64,000 bases of DNA from Vicugna vicugna (taxonomy: Eukaryota). Position 1 is the first letter of the stretch. Every line of letters starts with the position of its first letter. Shown piece after piece: positions 23,857 through 37,105 of the stretch. The notes under the pieces are model-generated. The model searched no databases. It worked only from the letters and a program-made list of their open reading frames with translations, and was not told the origin of the DNA. Location: NCBI GenBank assembly GCA_013265495.1, contig MU058198.1, forward strand, positions 818,419-882,418, in the 5' to 3' direction. The position numbers were made by a program, and so were the translations under genes.

Positions 23857-24747
23857 CCTAGTGGAACTGACGCCGATATCCTTTTCTTTCCCTCTGTAAC
23901 GTGGGCAAATTCACCTTTCTAAGCCTCAATTTCCTCAAAGGCAAAAAGGAGATAATTTTAGTAGTACATGCCTACTGGGGTTGTTGTGAAGATTAAAGAC
24001 ATAATACATGTAAAGGGCTTCACACAGAGTCCTGCCCGTGGAAAGCGGTTAGTGTTAATTGATTAATATTACAGTTACAGTTATATTCCTTTTCTTGGCT
24101 TATTTTACAGAGGGACCCTGACTGTGATGATCAGTTTAGCTTCGGGAAGCAAGGAGTGAAAATGAAGGAGGCTACTGAGTGGCAGGTGCCTTCCTCTCCC
24201 GAAATTCAAGGACCCAAGGACTCATCATCACGATCGTGAGAACTTAGGCAGTGTTCACTGTGTGTCAGGCGCTGTTCTCAGGGCTTCAGAGTATTTCATT
24301 CCCCCAGCAGCTCTCTAGGCCAGATACTGTTATTCACTCCATGTTCCAAATGGAGACACTGAGGCCCAGAGGGGTTAAGTACCCACCCACAGTCACAGAG
24401 TTGACAGAGCTAGGATCCAACCCAGGCCATTTCTCTCAACCAGCGGCTAAACCAGTGTCATTTGCTCTAGAGTCAGAAATCATCACAGGCAAGCCTCATG
24501 TCCCCGGAGGGCTCCCCAGGTCTCCAGCCCTGGGGGGAACAGCTCTAGGAGGTGCCGGGAGCTGCATCAGGCTCTCAAATGCTCAGTCCGCTTCAAGCTA
24601 ATGAAAAGTAGAGGCTTCTCCAGCTCTATTCCTCATCTGAAAAATGGTGAGAGTGCTGCCCGTGGCTTTTCCAGTGACAAATGTCAGGGAGTGTAATTAG
24701 GTGTTTGTGTGGCTCTACTTTTTACTGTCTCCCCAGCTAGACTGTCT

Positions 24748-24940
24748 CAGCGCTGTCTTAATAAGAGCTTTCTACGATGATGGAAGTCTTCTGTATCTGC
24801 GCCATCCAGTAGGATAGCCACCAGGCACATGTGGCTGTTGAGCAATTTAGATGTCACTAGGGTGACTGCAGAACTGAACTGTCAGTTTTATTTACTCTTA
24901 ATTACCTTAAATTTCAGTAGCCTCATGTGACTAGAGGCTC
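24748..24940. mobile_element. MER3-like hAT MITE
   Basis: cagcgctgtc..aata.agctttct.cgatgatgga..tatctgcg..tccagta.gatagccac..cacatgtggct.ttgagc. Confidence 0.7.
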
Positions 24941-26199
24941 CAAGCTTAATGAAAAGAGGAACCACGTCTGCTGTCCATCCTGGTATCCCGTGGCCCAGTA
25001 CAGGACATGGAACATCAGATATTCCTTAACTAAGTGAATAATTTAATTCCAGCCTTGTTTTCCCCTTTGAAGTATGTCTAGTCTGTATCCAAACCCATCA
25101 GGAACCTCTTTTCTCAGCTAAATAGATCATCTTCCAGATGAACGTGCCGTTCAGGACTCCTGAGTCCCCAAAGCCCATTTCTGTGGACCATCTTGCTTAA
25201 ACCGTGGAGCTTCCTGAGGTAGGCACCCACATCTGGCTGTGATGAATCTGAGGCTTGAAAAGGCTGAATGACTTCTCTGAGACGGCAGAGATGGTGAGCA
25301 ACAGGAGGCAGGACGAGAACCAAGCTACGCAGGCTCTTCCCACTTTACCACGCTGCCTCGCGGGTGATGTTTCCAGAAACGTCAGCTCAATCCCATGGAG
25401 AAGTGAATTTGAATGATGAGCATTCAGGCGCCTGATAGGATGATCGTTTCAGTACCTGTCGAATTGCCTCAGGTAGGTGACTGCCTGAACATCGGACCCC
25501 GATGGTGTCACAGACACTTTCCCTGGGTGTCTGCTAAGTGCCAGGCTCTCTGCTTGGTCTCGTTGTGGATACGAGTGGATCCTGCTCTCAGGGAGCTCCA
25601 GGTGGGCAGACTGTCCCACTAGAGTGTGTGTGGGGTGTACTGGTCCAAAGCGTGTGGGAGTGCCTCCTAATTAATGGAGTCTTGGGAACCTGTGCTTGGC
25701 AAGGCTGGGAGGGGGTTCTGGTTCTGCAGACTCCAGAACCTGACTTTCCCTCTAGAGGGACACGTTAGGCCATTGGCATCTCTGGATGCTTCTTAGGAGT
25801 GAGCAGCCAGGAGTAAGCAAGTATGGAGCACACCATTGCTACCACTCTGTGGTTTTGTGCTGGTGATGGATGTCAGTCACCACGCTCCTTCTTGCCTCAG
25901 GGTAACCTATGCCACCCACCGTGTGTTAGAAGAATCAGTCATTCTTGCAAAGTGTTCCTCAGTTATTTCCAGAGTCCCCATCAGGGGGCCTCACAGGTGT
26001 CCACAAACCCGGGTGTCACCTGCCATCAGCATGTGGCAGCCACCTGCTCCTCCTTTCCTGCACTGGCTCTCACAGGTCCTTGTTTGTGGCCCACAAATGG
26101 CTTAGAGCGATCTCTGTGTCTCCTGTGGTCATATATACACAGAAACTTTTGGGATCTTATGATAATCCTGTGAGAATTATCCCCATTTGATTTTATTAA

Positions 26200-26435
26200 A
26201 CATTTTTTTCCAGCTTTTTGGAAGTATAATTGGCCAAAAAAAAAAATGTGCCTATTTAAGGCTTACAGCCTGATGGTTTGGTCCATGTATACCTTATGAA
26301 ATGATTATCACAATTAAGCAAATTAACACATTGGCCACCTTAACGTAGTTATCTTTTTTTTTTCCGGTGTAGTCAAAACACTTAAGATCTATTCTCTGAG
26401 CAAATTTGAAGTATACAATACAGTATTGTTACCCA
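26200..26435 (-). mobile_element. L1MA-type 3' end fragment
   Basis: gaaatgattatcacaattaag.., aacacttaagatcta.tct..gcaaattt.aagtatacaataca.tatt. Confidence 0.75.
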
Positions 26436-28247
26436 TATCTCTGCCCTCATTCTGCAGAGGGGGACGTTGAGGCACAGAAAGCCAGTTTGAGCCTCCTGAT
26501 AAGAAGCCTTGGGCCAGGGCTTCAGGTGCAGAGCAGGCCCCTCTAGGGCTCCTTTCTGCTGGTAAACCTCGCCCAGCCCCTGCTGGGATGAGCATAGCCT
26601 CCCCCTCCTCCCACTGCTCTTCCTCTTCCTCCTCCTCCTCCCGCTCCCTCTCCTGACATTGGTTGCAAGGACTTGGCCCAGCCATCTGTGAAAGATTGTA
26701 CCCGACAGGCGAGGCCGAGGTGGGAGCTGCGAGGTGGGGGTGGAGCCTGAGGTGGCTTGGGTTATGTAAGGGCTCCTGGGACAGGGGACAGTTATGTAAT
26801 GGGGACGGCAGGCAGGGATGGAAGTGAGGCGGGGCACAGAAGACACCAGGAGCTAGGGGAGAAGAAAGACAAAGACAAAGCCGAGCAAGGGTGCTCATCA
26901 GCAAGGGTGGCGGCCGTGCAAAGGGCCTTCCCCTGGCCTGTCACCTCCCTGGCACCCGTGCCCTGGAGACCCCGCTTCTCCTTTCCCAGCCCCGTTGGGT
27001 ACAGACGGTTCCAGAACATCCCCAATAACTTTTAACCAAACACCTTTATTGCCTAATTAACCAGAGCCAGTTTCTGTTGCTTGCAAACAAGAACCTTGAG
27101 TGATACAGAGCCCTTTTTTGCCCAAATGCCGGGCTGCATGGGGATCTGGAAACTTCTAGGCACATGGTAGGTGCTCAATATATGCATGTCTAGTGAATAA
27201 GTAAACAATGGCTATTTACGCATTTTCTTGTACTAGTTTTTACTGTCATATTTTTTCTACCTGAAGATCACTTCGGTGGGCGAGTAGCTCAGTGGGCTAC
27301 TCTGGCCCAATTCCTGAAATTAAAAAAAAGACTTTTTCTTTGCACGAAAGACAGGGTTAATCTCAATATATGTATCTGACTTTGAATCTTGATGTGTTGC
27401 TTTTGAAATTCAAAGGCTGATTTGGTTTATACCATTACATTATTAAAATGGAGAATTGAATTTTCAGTTTACTGTGATATTCTCTGCTGCCAACAGGAGA
27501 ATGGTCCTACTATGATAGTCATTCAGTCAGGTGACAAACAATACCAAGGCACTGTGCTAGGGGCCAGGGATGCAATTGAGAACAAGATGTTCCTGCTGTT
27601 GACCCAATATTTCCAGCTCGCTGCCTCTGGGACATGAGATAGGATTGTACCATCAGCCTCTTTGTGGGTAGATGGGTTCTGTGACCACTCCCGGCCAGTG
27701 AGTTGTGGCAGAAGTGATTGGTGTCACTTCCTGGAGAAAGAGTTCATGGTATTACAGCCAGTCCTATTCTGAGAGCATCATCTCTTCTGTTGGGACTCTG
27801 ACCCGTACAACCATGAAGAGACAGTGATAGTAGGTTTAATGCCTGCTCTGAGAGAGGTAGCGTGGGGACCAGGAGCTTAGAGGAAGGGCCCTTACTTCTG
27901 ACTTTGGAAGTCAGAGGACGTTTGAAGGAGGCAGTGGCACCTAAGCTGGCCCCTGGAGGCTGACTCTCAGCTAACTGGGTGAAAGATTGGGTAAGTGGGG
28001 CTCCCGGTGTTGGGAACCCCATCAGCAGAGGCCTAGGTAGCATGTGAGGAGCTGAAAGTAGTCCAAGGTGGCTGGGGCATGGGGACCAGGTGGCGGCCCT
28101 AGAGGAGGCTGGAAAGGTGGAGAGGGCTGATGCACTCTGGTAAGGGGTGTAGGTCTGTCCCGAGGGCAGTGGGGCCACAGAGGGTGTCAGCCCCTGTGCG
28201 TGGTCTGAGGCGTGTTCTGCACTTTACCCTCTGGCTGCCAGGAGGGA

Positions 28248-28618
28248 GTAGTCTTGGTCCATTCTGACTACAATAATAAAATACCATCATGTGGGCAGCT
28301 TACAAACAACAGACATTTATTTCTCACCATTCTAGAGGTTGGAAGCCTGAGATCAGGGTGCCAGCACCATCAGGCTAGGGTGAGAGCACTCCCCCGGCTT
28401 GTGGTTGGCTGTCTTCTCACCGTGTCCTCACACGGCGGTGGAGAGAGAGAGCTCTGCTGCCTCCTCTTCTTCCTCTAAGGGCACTAACCCCATCCTGGGG
28501 GCCCCATCCTCATGTCCTCATCTAAACCTAATCCCCTCCCACCTCGAGTGCCATCATACCGGGGATTTGGGCTTCAGCATGTGGATTTGGGGAGGACACA
28601 AACATTCAGTCCTCGACA
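28248..28618 (-). mobile_element. MaLR solo LTR (MLT1A-like)
   Basis: acaacagacatttatttctcac..ttct.gagg.tgg.aag..tgagatcagggtgccagca..ggacacaaacattcagtcc. Confidence 0.75.
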
Positions 28619-29191
28619 GAGATGGATTTGGAATAGCTGGAGAGAGAATAGGAAGCTGATATCTGGATTTCAGTAAATCTCACCTGGTTAATCAGTCCAT
28701 CTTGCGGCTGCACAGGGATGAGGAAATCCTGGGAGGACCCCCCACCCCCCAACCCTTCACTTCCTTTCTCTTATTTTACTTTTAATACAGCTTATGGAAA
28801 AACAGCTTCTCTCATTTCAAAACTAGCATATGCTTATTGCAGAAAATCCAGCAAACACTATAAATCCTAAATATCATGGCACATAATTGAATGTTCCCAG
28901 TTCACATGAATATTGAATGAACAATGAATTTCAGGCCAGTGAAATTCATTCCGGCCAGTGTCCTTTTATATTTCTGAGCATTTATATAAGCCAATAGAGC
29001 TCATTTACATATCAATTTTGATAATACCGTCCAAAGGGAAAGACATATGATACACACATAGACACATAGACAGACACAACCAGAGGTCTCAGAGCTTCAT
29101 TTTCTAAACTTAGTCATGAATCAGGTATTACAGTATAAAACCCACTCGTGTTAACAGTTGGAATAAGCTAAATTTAAAGATCTCTTTCCTA

Positions 29192-29347
29192 AGGGAGGGT
29201 GTAGCTCAGTGGTAGAGTGCATGCTTAGCATGCATGAGGTCTTGGGTTCAATCCCCAGTACTTCCACTAAAAAAATAAGTAAATAAATAAATCTAATTGC
29301 CTCCCCGCCTTCAAAAAATAAATTAAGTAAAAATAAAATAAATAAAT
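29192..29347 (+). mobile_element. tRNA-Ala-derived SINE (camelid Vic-1 type)
   Basis: gggagggtgtagctcagtggtagagtgcatgcttagcatgcatgaggtc.tgggttcaatccccagt head, then (aaat)n-ctaatt-cctcccc and an A-rich tail. Confidence 0.85.
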
Positions 29348-30367
29348 CACATATTTATAGAAAAACAAAAAACAAACCCTCTCTCTCTTTTTTCCGCCCC
29401 GCAGGCTCAGGAATTAGAGTTGGTCTAGGTAAGAATTTCTGAGAGCTGTGGTCTCAAGGAAACGGGGTGAGAAAAGCAAATTCTCTTAGAAGGACTTGTT
29501 CCCTCAGGGTCAGAATTCTGAAAAAAATTTTTCCCCCAAGCTAGCTTTTTCTAACAACTGTGTACACAATAAGAGAGCTCATTTTGACCATTTTCAGGGC
29601 AAATTTTTCCTTTAATTCCCAATTAAGTAAGTACGTGCAAGTGTAAGTTCTGAACATCCATAAACCTGCCTTGGGGTATTAGCTGGAGGCTGGCTTTCTG
29701 ATGCCCCTTGTTTCTTGTTCCTCTGTTTGAGAGGCTCTGTTTCCCATTTTAAAGTTGAACTTGTAGAGGATAAAACTGATGGATGAAACTGTGTGATGGG
29801 CCAGTGCGCTGCCTGTGAGCTTGATTCTCGGCATCATCCTAGAGTCATTTCAGCCTCTCACGTGGCGCGGTTTCTAAACTGGGCTGTATGAACCTGTAAG
29901 GCTTCTGATCCAGAAAGTTTGTAACAACGTCATATAGTCTTTAAAAGAGTTACTGTTGTGTTTGAGGTCAGATTTTTTTGGCAGCTGATATATTCACCAG
30001 ATTTGAAAACAGCAACGTAAAGAGACACTCAGTGTCAAAACCCCATCCTTTAGAGGGGCCGCAGGGAGCTTTCCAGCGATGGGGACTGGTGCTCCCTCTG
30101 GTGGGTGCACCAGGGGCTTGGGGAGAGGACAATGGCACCTCTTTCTCCTGGGACACTTGGCTCCGTGGCGGCATCCATGGCTTGGTGCATGCCCTGCAGG
30201 CTCCATCTCAGCCTCCCTCTGCCCTCAGCCTGTGTGGGGCTCAACCTCCATGTCTGCAGCGACTCTGTCCTTCCTGCAGGGCCGTCTATCCCCGTAACCT
30301 CCCCCACAGGTAACCACTGCTCTTTCTTTCTCTGGCAAGCTTCCAGAAGTTAAATTCAAGGACAAGC

Positions 30368-31135
30368 TGTGATGTTGCGATGTACAATAAGAAATATATA
30401 TTTGGTCTTCATCCCTGTTCCTGGCACAGAGCTCCTAAAACCCTTGGAATTTCCTGGGACAAGGGCAGAAAGGAGTCTTTTGTTATGTTAATGAGGTGAC
30501 TTTTGGAAGCACCTAAAAAGTGGGGGCTGGTTGTCAGGGGAATCAACCCTGTGATTAGAGGGCTGGGACCTGACCTCCTGGGAGGGGAGAGGAGCAGGGG
30601 GTAGAGTCAATCATCAGCGGCCAATGATTTAATCAATCGTGCCTATAAAATAAAGCCTCCATTAAAAAAAAAAAACCAGAAAGGAGGGGGTTTAGGGAGC
30701 TTCTGGATTGGTGAGCACGTGGAGATTCTGGAAGAGTGGTGTGCTTGGAGGGGGCATGGGGGCTCTGTGCCCCTTCCCCATCCCTTGCCCGTGTATCCCT
30801 TCCATCTGGCTGTTCATGAGTTACGGTCCTTTATAATAAACCGATGATCTTGTCAGCAAAATATTTCTCTGAGTTCTGTGAAACGCTCTAGCAAATTAGC
30901 TGAACAAGAGGAACCTCCAGGTTTTAGCCCATCAGGGAGAAGCACAGGTGACAACCTGGACACACCACTGGGGTCTGAAGGGGGAGGAGAGTCATGTAGG
31001 ACTGACCTCATAGCCTGTGGGATCTAGTGCTGTCTCCTGGCAGATAGTGTCACAATTGAGTTGAACTGTAAGATACTCAGCTGGCATCAAAGAGTTGCTT
31101 GGTGGTGTGGGAAAAACACATTGTAATTGGGTGCA
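30368..31135. mobile_element. ERV LTR, MER21-like
   Basis: aataagaaatatatatttggtctt..cctggcacagagctcctaaaacccttggaatttcct..ccaatgatttaatcaatc.tgcctat..tctgagttctgtga matches MER21 features. Confidence 0.8.
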
Positions 31136-31851
31136 GAATCTTTACGTGCGAATATGAATATAGACTCTCACTCTTTTCGCCTCATATATCCCTTCTGCAA
31201 GCTTGCAAGAGATAAGGACGGCTCCCGTGCATTGGGATGGTCACTCATGAAGCTGGAGTCTGAGTTGTGTCCTGGGCTCCGTGTCAGGGCTGGGATTTTG
31301 AAGTGGGGGTTCTTCTGACCCAGTGAGTGGCTGAAGCTGGTAGCCCCTCTGGGCTCAGCCCCTCTGGCTGCTTTGGTACGGGGGGCGGGGGGAGCAGTGT
31401 CTGTGCAGGCTTGGGCGTGGGGGAATAGGGCGAGGAAGGGCCACCCCCCACGCGTGGTAGGGATGGGGAGGGGGCAAGGGCACCTTTTCAGGTCCTCTGG
31501 TCCTTGCTGAGCTTTCTTTTTGACTCAAAAACAAACAAACAAACAAAAATAAAAGACAAAAACACACACACACACAACAGCAAAAAAGCTCTCCCTTCAC
31601 CTCCTCCATTGCCCACGCACTTTGTCCTTGCTTAATCAGTCCCACTTCCCTTACATTCCTTTTGGTAGCTGAAAGAGCTGAGCAAGGGAAAGGCTCACAT
31701 GACAGTGCCCTTTGTCCCCTGGGAGGGCACTTTGTCCTCCTCTGCATCAGTCTGGGAGGTGGCGCTCTCCAGCACAGGGGTGGCGGCCGTGGTGTCCCAG
31801 CAGACCTCCAGACTTCAGAGACCCTTCAGAAGGAGGAAGTGGTACGAAAAG

Positions 31852-32219
31852 GCATCTTCGTCAGCTTGGGCTGCTAAAATGGAACACACCACAGGCCACG
31901 TGGCTTAAACAGACATTTATTGCTCACAGTCCTGGAGACGGGGAGGTTTGAGATCACGGTGTCAGTATGTTGGGTTCCTGGTGACTACGCTTCCTGGCTT
32001 GCAGACAGTCACCATCACACATGGAGAGAGAGAGGGCTCTGGTCCTTTCAGCTCCTTATGGGGGCACTAATCCCCCATGGGGGGCCCCACCCTCATGACA
32101 TCATTTGAACCTAATCACCTCCCACGGGCTCCACTTCCAACCACCATCACATGGGAGGGGTTAGGGCTTAAATATTCGAATCTTGTGTGCAGAGGGGAAA
32201 TAAACATTTAGTTCACAGC
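31852..32219 (-). mobile_element. MaLR solo LTR (MLT1A-like)
   Basis: ggcttaaacagacatttattgctcacagt.ctggag..ccaccctcatgac..cctaatcacctccca. Confidence 0.75.
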
Positions 32220-32768
32220 GGAAGGAGTATCAGGAGGACGCTGGCTGAGCAAGCAGAGAGGAGCTGTGCTCTGGGGAGGGTCTGGTGTGAGAAAGCCAGG
32301 CAGCTCCACCTGGACTTGCAGGGTGAAGGTGGGTATTTCAGGCAGGCCCCCTGAGGTGGGGACTGGCACCCAGGAAGTTGGTGGGAAGCATTCCTGGGGG
32401 CAACACTGGGGGGAGGAAGGAGGCAGCCCTGGGGAGAGGGAGAAACAGGGCCACGTCATGGGAGCAGAGCTGTCCCACACTGGGGCAAACAGGGCTGGGC
32501 CTTTACACCAATGTCTACTGGCTGACTGGGTATCTCTGCCCACCCCCTACCCGAAGGGGAGAGGCTGGGAGGGACACTCAGCTTCCAGCAGGTGTGCACT
32601 GTCTCTGTTCTCTCTTATCCCCTCCATCTCCTTGCCCTGGGCTGTGTCCCCTCCTGGCCTCAGGGGTTTACTTAGGGGCTGACCAAGACCTTCATCTTCA
32701 AGGGTCCTGGGTTGCTGGTCACCATGCCCGACTCTGGCTGTGACTACAGCACTTGACCATTCCTTGTG

Positions 32769-33120
32769 TGCCGTGGACTGAATGTTTGGTCCCCCTGGAT
32801 TCGTATGTTGACATCCTAACCCCCAATGTGATGATGCTGGGAAGTGGAACCTTTGGGAGGTGGTCAAGTCATGAAAGTGGAGCCCTTGGGGACGGGATCG
32901 GTGCCCTTACAAAACAGAGCCCAGAGAGCTTCCTCTTTCTGCCATGTGCGGACACAGTGAGAAGCCGGCTGTCTGCAGCCCAGAGAGACCCTCACCAGAA
33001 CCCGATCCTGCTGGCACCCTGGTGTTGGACTTCCAGGCTCCTGAACTTTGAGGAATGAATTTCTGTTACTGAGAAGCCACCCATCATGAGGCATTTTGTT
33101 GTGGCAGCTGAACTAAGACA
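32769..33120 (+). mobile_element. MaLR solo LTR (MLT1A-like)
   Basis: tg.cgtggactgaatgttt..ccccc..attcgtatgttga..tcctaacccccaatgtgatg...gaactaagaca. Confidence 0.8.
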
Positions 33121-34624
33121 CCGTCAGATGCTGGCACGAGGTTCCCAGGTGGAGTCATGAATGCTAAACATCTTTGCCCCCGACCCTCTGGTGGGAAAGC
33201 AGCCCTGCCTCCTCCCCGGGATACAGGCAATTTCTCTGGTTGGACAGCGGCTCCTTCCTTTCCAGGCTCCTGTCTCACCATGAGGGGCTCAACGGGACAT
33301 TTGCTGTCCCCCGGTGGAGATGTTCCCTCTGGGAGCCAAGGCCCCACCATCCTGCAGAGCCCAGAGTTGGAGCCGAGTCGAGGCGGCTTCTGTGCCCCCA
33401 AGACCCCACCCAGCCTGCTCCAAAGTCCACCCTGCCTGCCTTGACTTTGCAACTTGACAGTGACTGTCGTCCAGCTCTACCTTCCAGTTCTCCTTCAGAG
33501 GAACCTGAGCAAGGCTCCCTTTTCTCGCTTCGCCTGATGGCATTTCCTGAGATTCCACTAGGAGGCGACGTATCTTTGTCCTGTCATTTTGTCTCCGATC
33601 AGACAGCTCCTATTTTGATTCTGACAGTGTCTCTAGCATGTCCCACGTGTTGGGTTTTGTTATAAATGAGTAAATGAGCTTAAGCAGGAGTCAGAGTACT
33701 CTGACACCTTTTTTTTTTTTTAGGATAATCTATTTTATTTAATTAATTAATTTTTATTTTTAAATTTTTTATTGACCTGATGGCCTTTTTCCCCCCAGGA
33801 TAATCTCCCTATTTTAATTGACTAATTAATTAATTAATTAACAATCTTTTAACTGTTAATTTTTTATTGGCCTGACAGCTTTTTGAACCGACAGCTCTGC
33901 AGTGCCCAGGGTCCCCTGAGGTCCTCGGACCCCTGGGGTCTGAGACATGACATGGGACACATTCTTTGGGTGTGTGAGGACATCACCTTTTGAGGATTAA
34001 TAATGTTACTTATAATGTGTTGCATATATATTTGTTAATTCATTCAGTGATTCATTCATTCTTGGTCCTAGTCCTCAAAGAACCCAGGTAAGCCTATTAC
34101 TTATCGAACAGCTTTGTAGACAGCATCATAAACACACAGCTCAGAGCCTGCTTGCAGCTGTATTTGCTTAGGGTCTGAGTGATCAGAACTGCGTAGGAAA
34201 CTGCTCCTGAATGCAGTGGCTTACGATACAGCCAGTGGCTCACGGCTGTGTGCCTGGGACAGGGCTTGTCTGTGCTCTGGGCTGGAAGGTCCGAGGTGGC
34301 CTCTGGAGTTCCGGGCCTCCCTTCACATGGACTTTCTCCCCAGCAGGGCAGTCGGCCTATTTCTCACCATGATGGCTGGGTTCCAGGGGGAGCCAGTCCA
34401 ACGTTCCCACAAGACCAGCCCTGCTAGCATCAGGCTTGCTAGCGTCCCATCGGCTGAAGCAAGTCCCGGGGCCAGGCCCAGTCAGTGTGTGTGGGGGGGC
34501 TGCACAAGGGCGTGAAATGGGGAGGCCACCAATGCCACCAGCTGCTAGTCACCTTAATCTCTCTTGCAGTGCTGTGTCACAGGGACCTGGGTTTGAGTCC
34601 TGCCAGCACCACCTGCATACTAGC

Positions 34625-35047
34625 TTCTCATGGGTTGAATGGTCCTTCCCACCCTCCCAGATTCATGTGCTCAGGTCCTGACCTCCAGGACTGCAGGATG
34701 TGGCCTATCTGAAGACTGAGTCTTTACAGAGGTGATCCAGGTGACGTGAGGGCATTAGGGTGAGCCCTAATCCAATCTGACCGGTGCTCTAATTAAAAAG
34801 AGAAGTCTGGACACAGACACACACAGAGGGAAGGTGACGTGAAGTGACACAGGGGGAAGATGGCAGCTACCAGCCCAGGAGAGAGGCTTGGACCACCTCC
34901 TTCCCTCACGGCCCTCGGAAGGCGCCAAGGCTGCTGACACCTTGATCTTGGACGTCTAGCCTCCCCAGCTGTGGCCTGATGAATTTCTGTTGTTTCTACC
35001 ACTCAGTTTATGGTAGTCTGTTATGGCAGCCCTAGGAAGCTAACACA
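34625..35047 (+). mobile_element. MaLR solo LTR (MLT1B/C-like)
   Basis: atgggttgaatggt..attagggtgagccctaatccaat.tgac..gacaccttgatcttggac.tctagcctcc..ttatggcagccctaggaagctaacaca. Confidence 0.8.
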
Positions 35048-35811
35048 TAGATCTGTGGCCTTGGACAAGTTACGGAACTTCTCCGTAGCTCGGTTTGCCC
35101 CTCAGTGAAATAGAGGCAGCGATGATACCTCTAAGACTCGTTGATACAAGCAAGCAATTAACAAGCTCTTCTTCCACGCCAAGCACAGTGCACGGCACTG
35201 GAGACACAGCAGCAAAGAAGACAGGAGAGGTTCCCCATCTTGTGGCGCCTAGCCTCATCTCAGACAGGAAATATAAGCAAGTAAGTAAAACCATGAGACG
35301 CCTTCAGGCAGAGACAGTGCAATGAAGAAAAGAAAAGAAACGATGTGCTGGAGAATAAGAGCTGGGAGGTCCTTTGGATGAGGTGATCAGAGCAGGTCTC
35401 CCTGAGCAGAGACCTGAAGCATGAGAAGGGGCCTTGGCTGGAAGATGAGAGGGAAGAGCAGTTCACACAGTGGAAACAGCAGGTGCAAAGGGCCTGAGGT
35501 GGGAATGAGCTCCTGTGTTTGAGGAACAGAAGGAAGGAGAGAGTGGCTGGTTGGCAAGATAGAGTGTTGGGCCATGAGGTCGGGGGAGGAGGCTGAACTC
35601 AGACCTGTGGAAGCTTCCAGTCGGAAGTTCGGCTTTTATTCTAAGTGATGAGAGGATCTTGGAGGTTGACGGCAGGGCAACCTGTTCTGTGTATTGAGGA
35701 AATCGTTCCGCCTGCCGGACCGAGAGTGGCCTGGGGCTGTGGAAAATGCCAGAGGGCTTCTCCCAGACCCAAACTGCTGGCTGGCCTTTATCCTTTTCAT
35801 CCTTTCACTAC

Positions 35812-36260
35812 TGTGGTCAGCAAAATTATGTCCCCTGCCTCCAAGGATGCCCATGCCCTAATCTCTTGAAACTGTGAATATATTATCTTACATGGCAGAG
35901 GGACTTTGCAGATGTGATCCATCTCCCTGAGATGGGAGGTGACCCTGGATTATACAGGTGGGCCCCAGGGACTCATAAGAGGAAGAGGGAGACAGAAGGG
36001 TCAGAGTCTGAGGAGGACGTGTGATGCTGGAGGCAGAGGCTGGAGCGTGGAGACTGCTGACTGGAAGGGGCTGCAGGTCAAGGAATGCGGGCTAGAGAAG
36101 TCACAGCAGTGGCCTCTCCCCTGGCACCTCCAGAAGGAGCCAGCTGTACCAGCCCATTGACTTTCAGCCCAGGAAACCCTGTTTCAGATTTCTGAACCCC
36201 AGCCCTGTAAGATAACAAATAAGTGTGACAGTGTGTGACAGTGGCAGGAGGAAACGAACG
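35812..36260 (+). mobile_element. MaLR solo LTR (MLT1D-like)
   Basis: tgtgg..gca.aatt.tg.ccc..gtgaatat.tt..ttacatggca.agggactttgcagatgtga..ccctggattat.caggtgggccc. Confidence 0.75.
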
Positions 36261-36714
36261 TGCCCATTTCCTTGAAGGAGCCTGGAGCTGGTAGGAAACC
36301 TTTCCTTCACCACCCGGTGGATCTGGCTGCCTCACCATTGGACCTCTGATGCTCCATCAAGGGCCAAGATTGTCCACTAAACCCAAGAGAAGCAGGAGAA
36401 GGAGAGGATGGTGCAGAGTGAGCTGCACCCACTGGGGAGCACCCCGCCCCACCCAGGAGACCTCCTGGAGCCTCCATCTTTGGAGATCACCTGCAGCGGG
36501 AATTGCCCCTGCTCCTTGGCTAGCGTGTGGAGTTCTGGCTGACACCCGGGCTCACTGGTTCAGCAAGGGGCAAGGATGTTTATTTTCAAGAGAAAACATC
36601 TCAGAGAAAAACACTGTAGTAAAGTTGACCGGGGCGGTGGTGAACAGGATATGCATGTAATTCAGCCAAAAACGTCTGCTTCACGCTTTCCAGGGTGTAG
36701 CTGTTACATGGCCA

Positions 36715-37105
36715 CCTGTTTTAGTGACCCGTCACTGCGAAACAAAGAGCCACAGACTAGGTGGCTTAACCAAGCGGAAATGTATTCTCTCACAGTTCCG
36801 GAATGAGAAGTACAAAATCAAGGTGTCAGGGGGACATGCTCCTTCTGAAGGAAAGAGTCCATCCCGGCCCCTTCCAGCTCTGGTGGCCCCAGGCGTCCCT
36901 TGGCTTGAGGCAGCATCACCCCGGCCTCTGCTCCATCTCCACTCGGCCTTCTTCCCCGCTGCCATAGGGTTTAGGGCTCACTCGCATCCAGAATCACTCC
37001 ATGTTAACTCATTCCATCTACAAAGACCATACTTCCAAAGGAGACCGTATCCTGAGGTTCCAAGTGGACATGAATTTCGGGGGAATAATTATTCAGCTTC
37101 CTACA
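36715..37105 (-). mobile_element. MaLR solo LTR (MLT1-like)
   Basis: ccacagactaggtggcttaa..aaatgtattctctcacagttc.gga..aaatcaaggtgtca..tttagggctcac..caaagacc. Confidence 0.75.

Noticed and set aside
29192..29347. tRNA-like sequences at 29192, 46785-46937 and 63239-63424 as tRNA genes
   Set aside because: They have SINE heads, AT-rich tails and in one case a 15-bp TSD, so they are retroposed SINEs.
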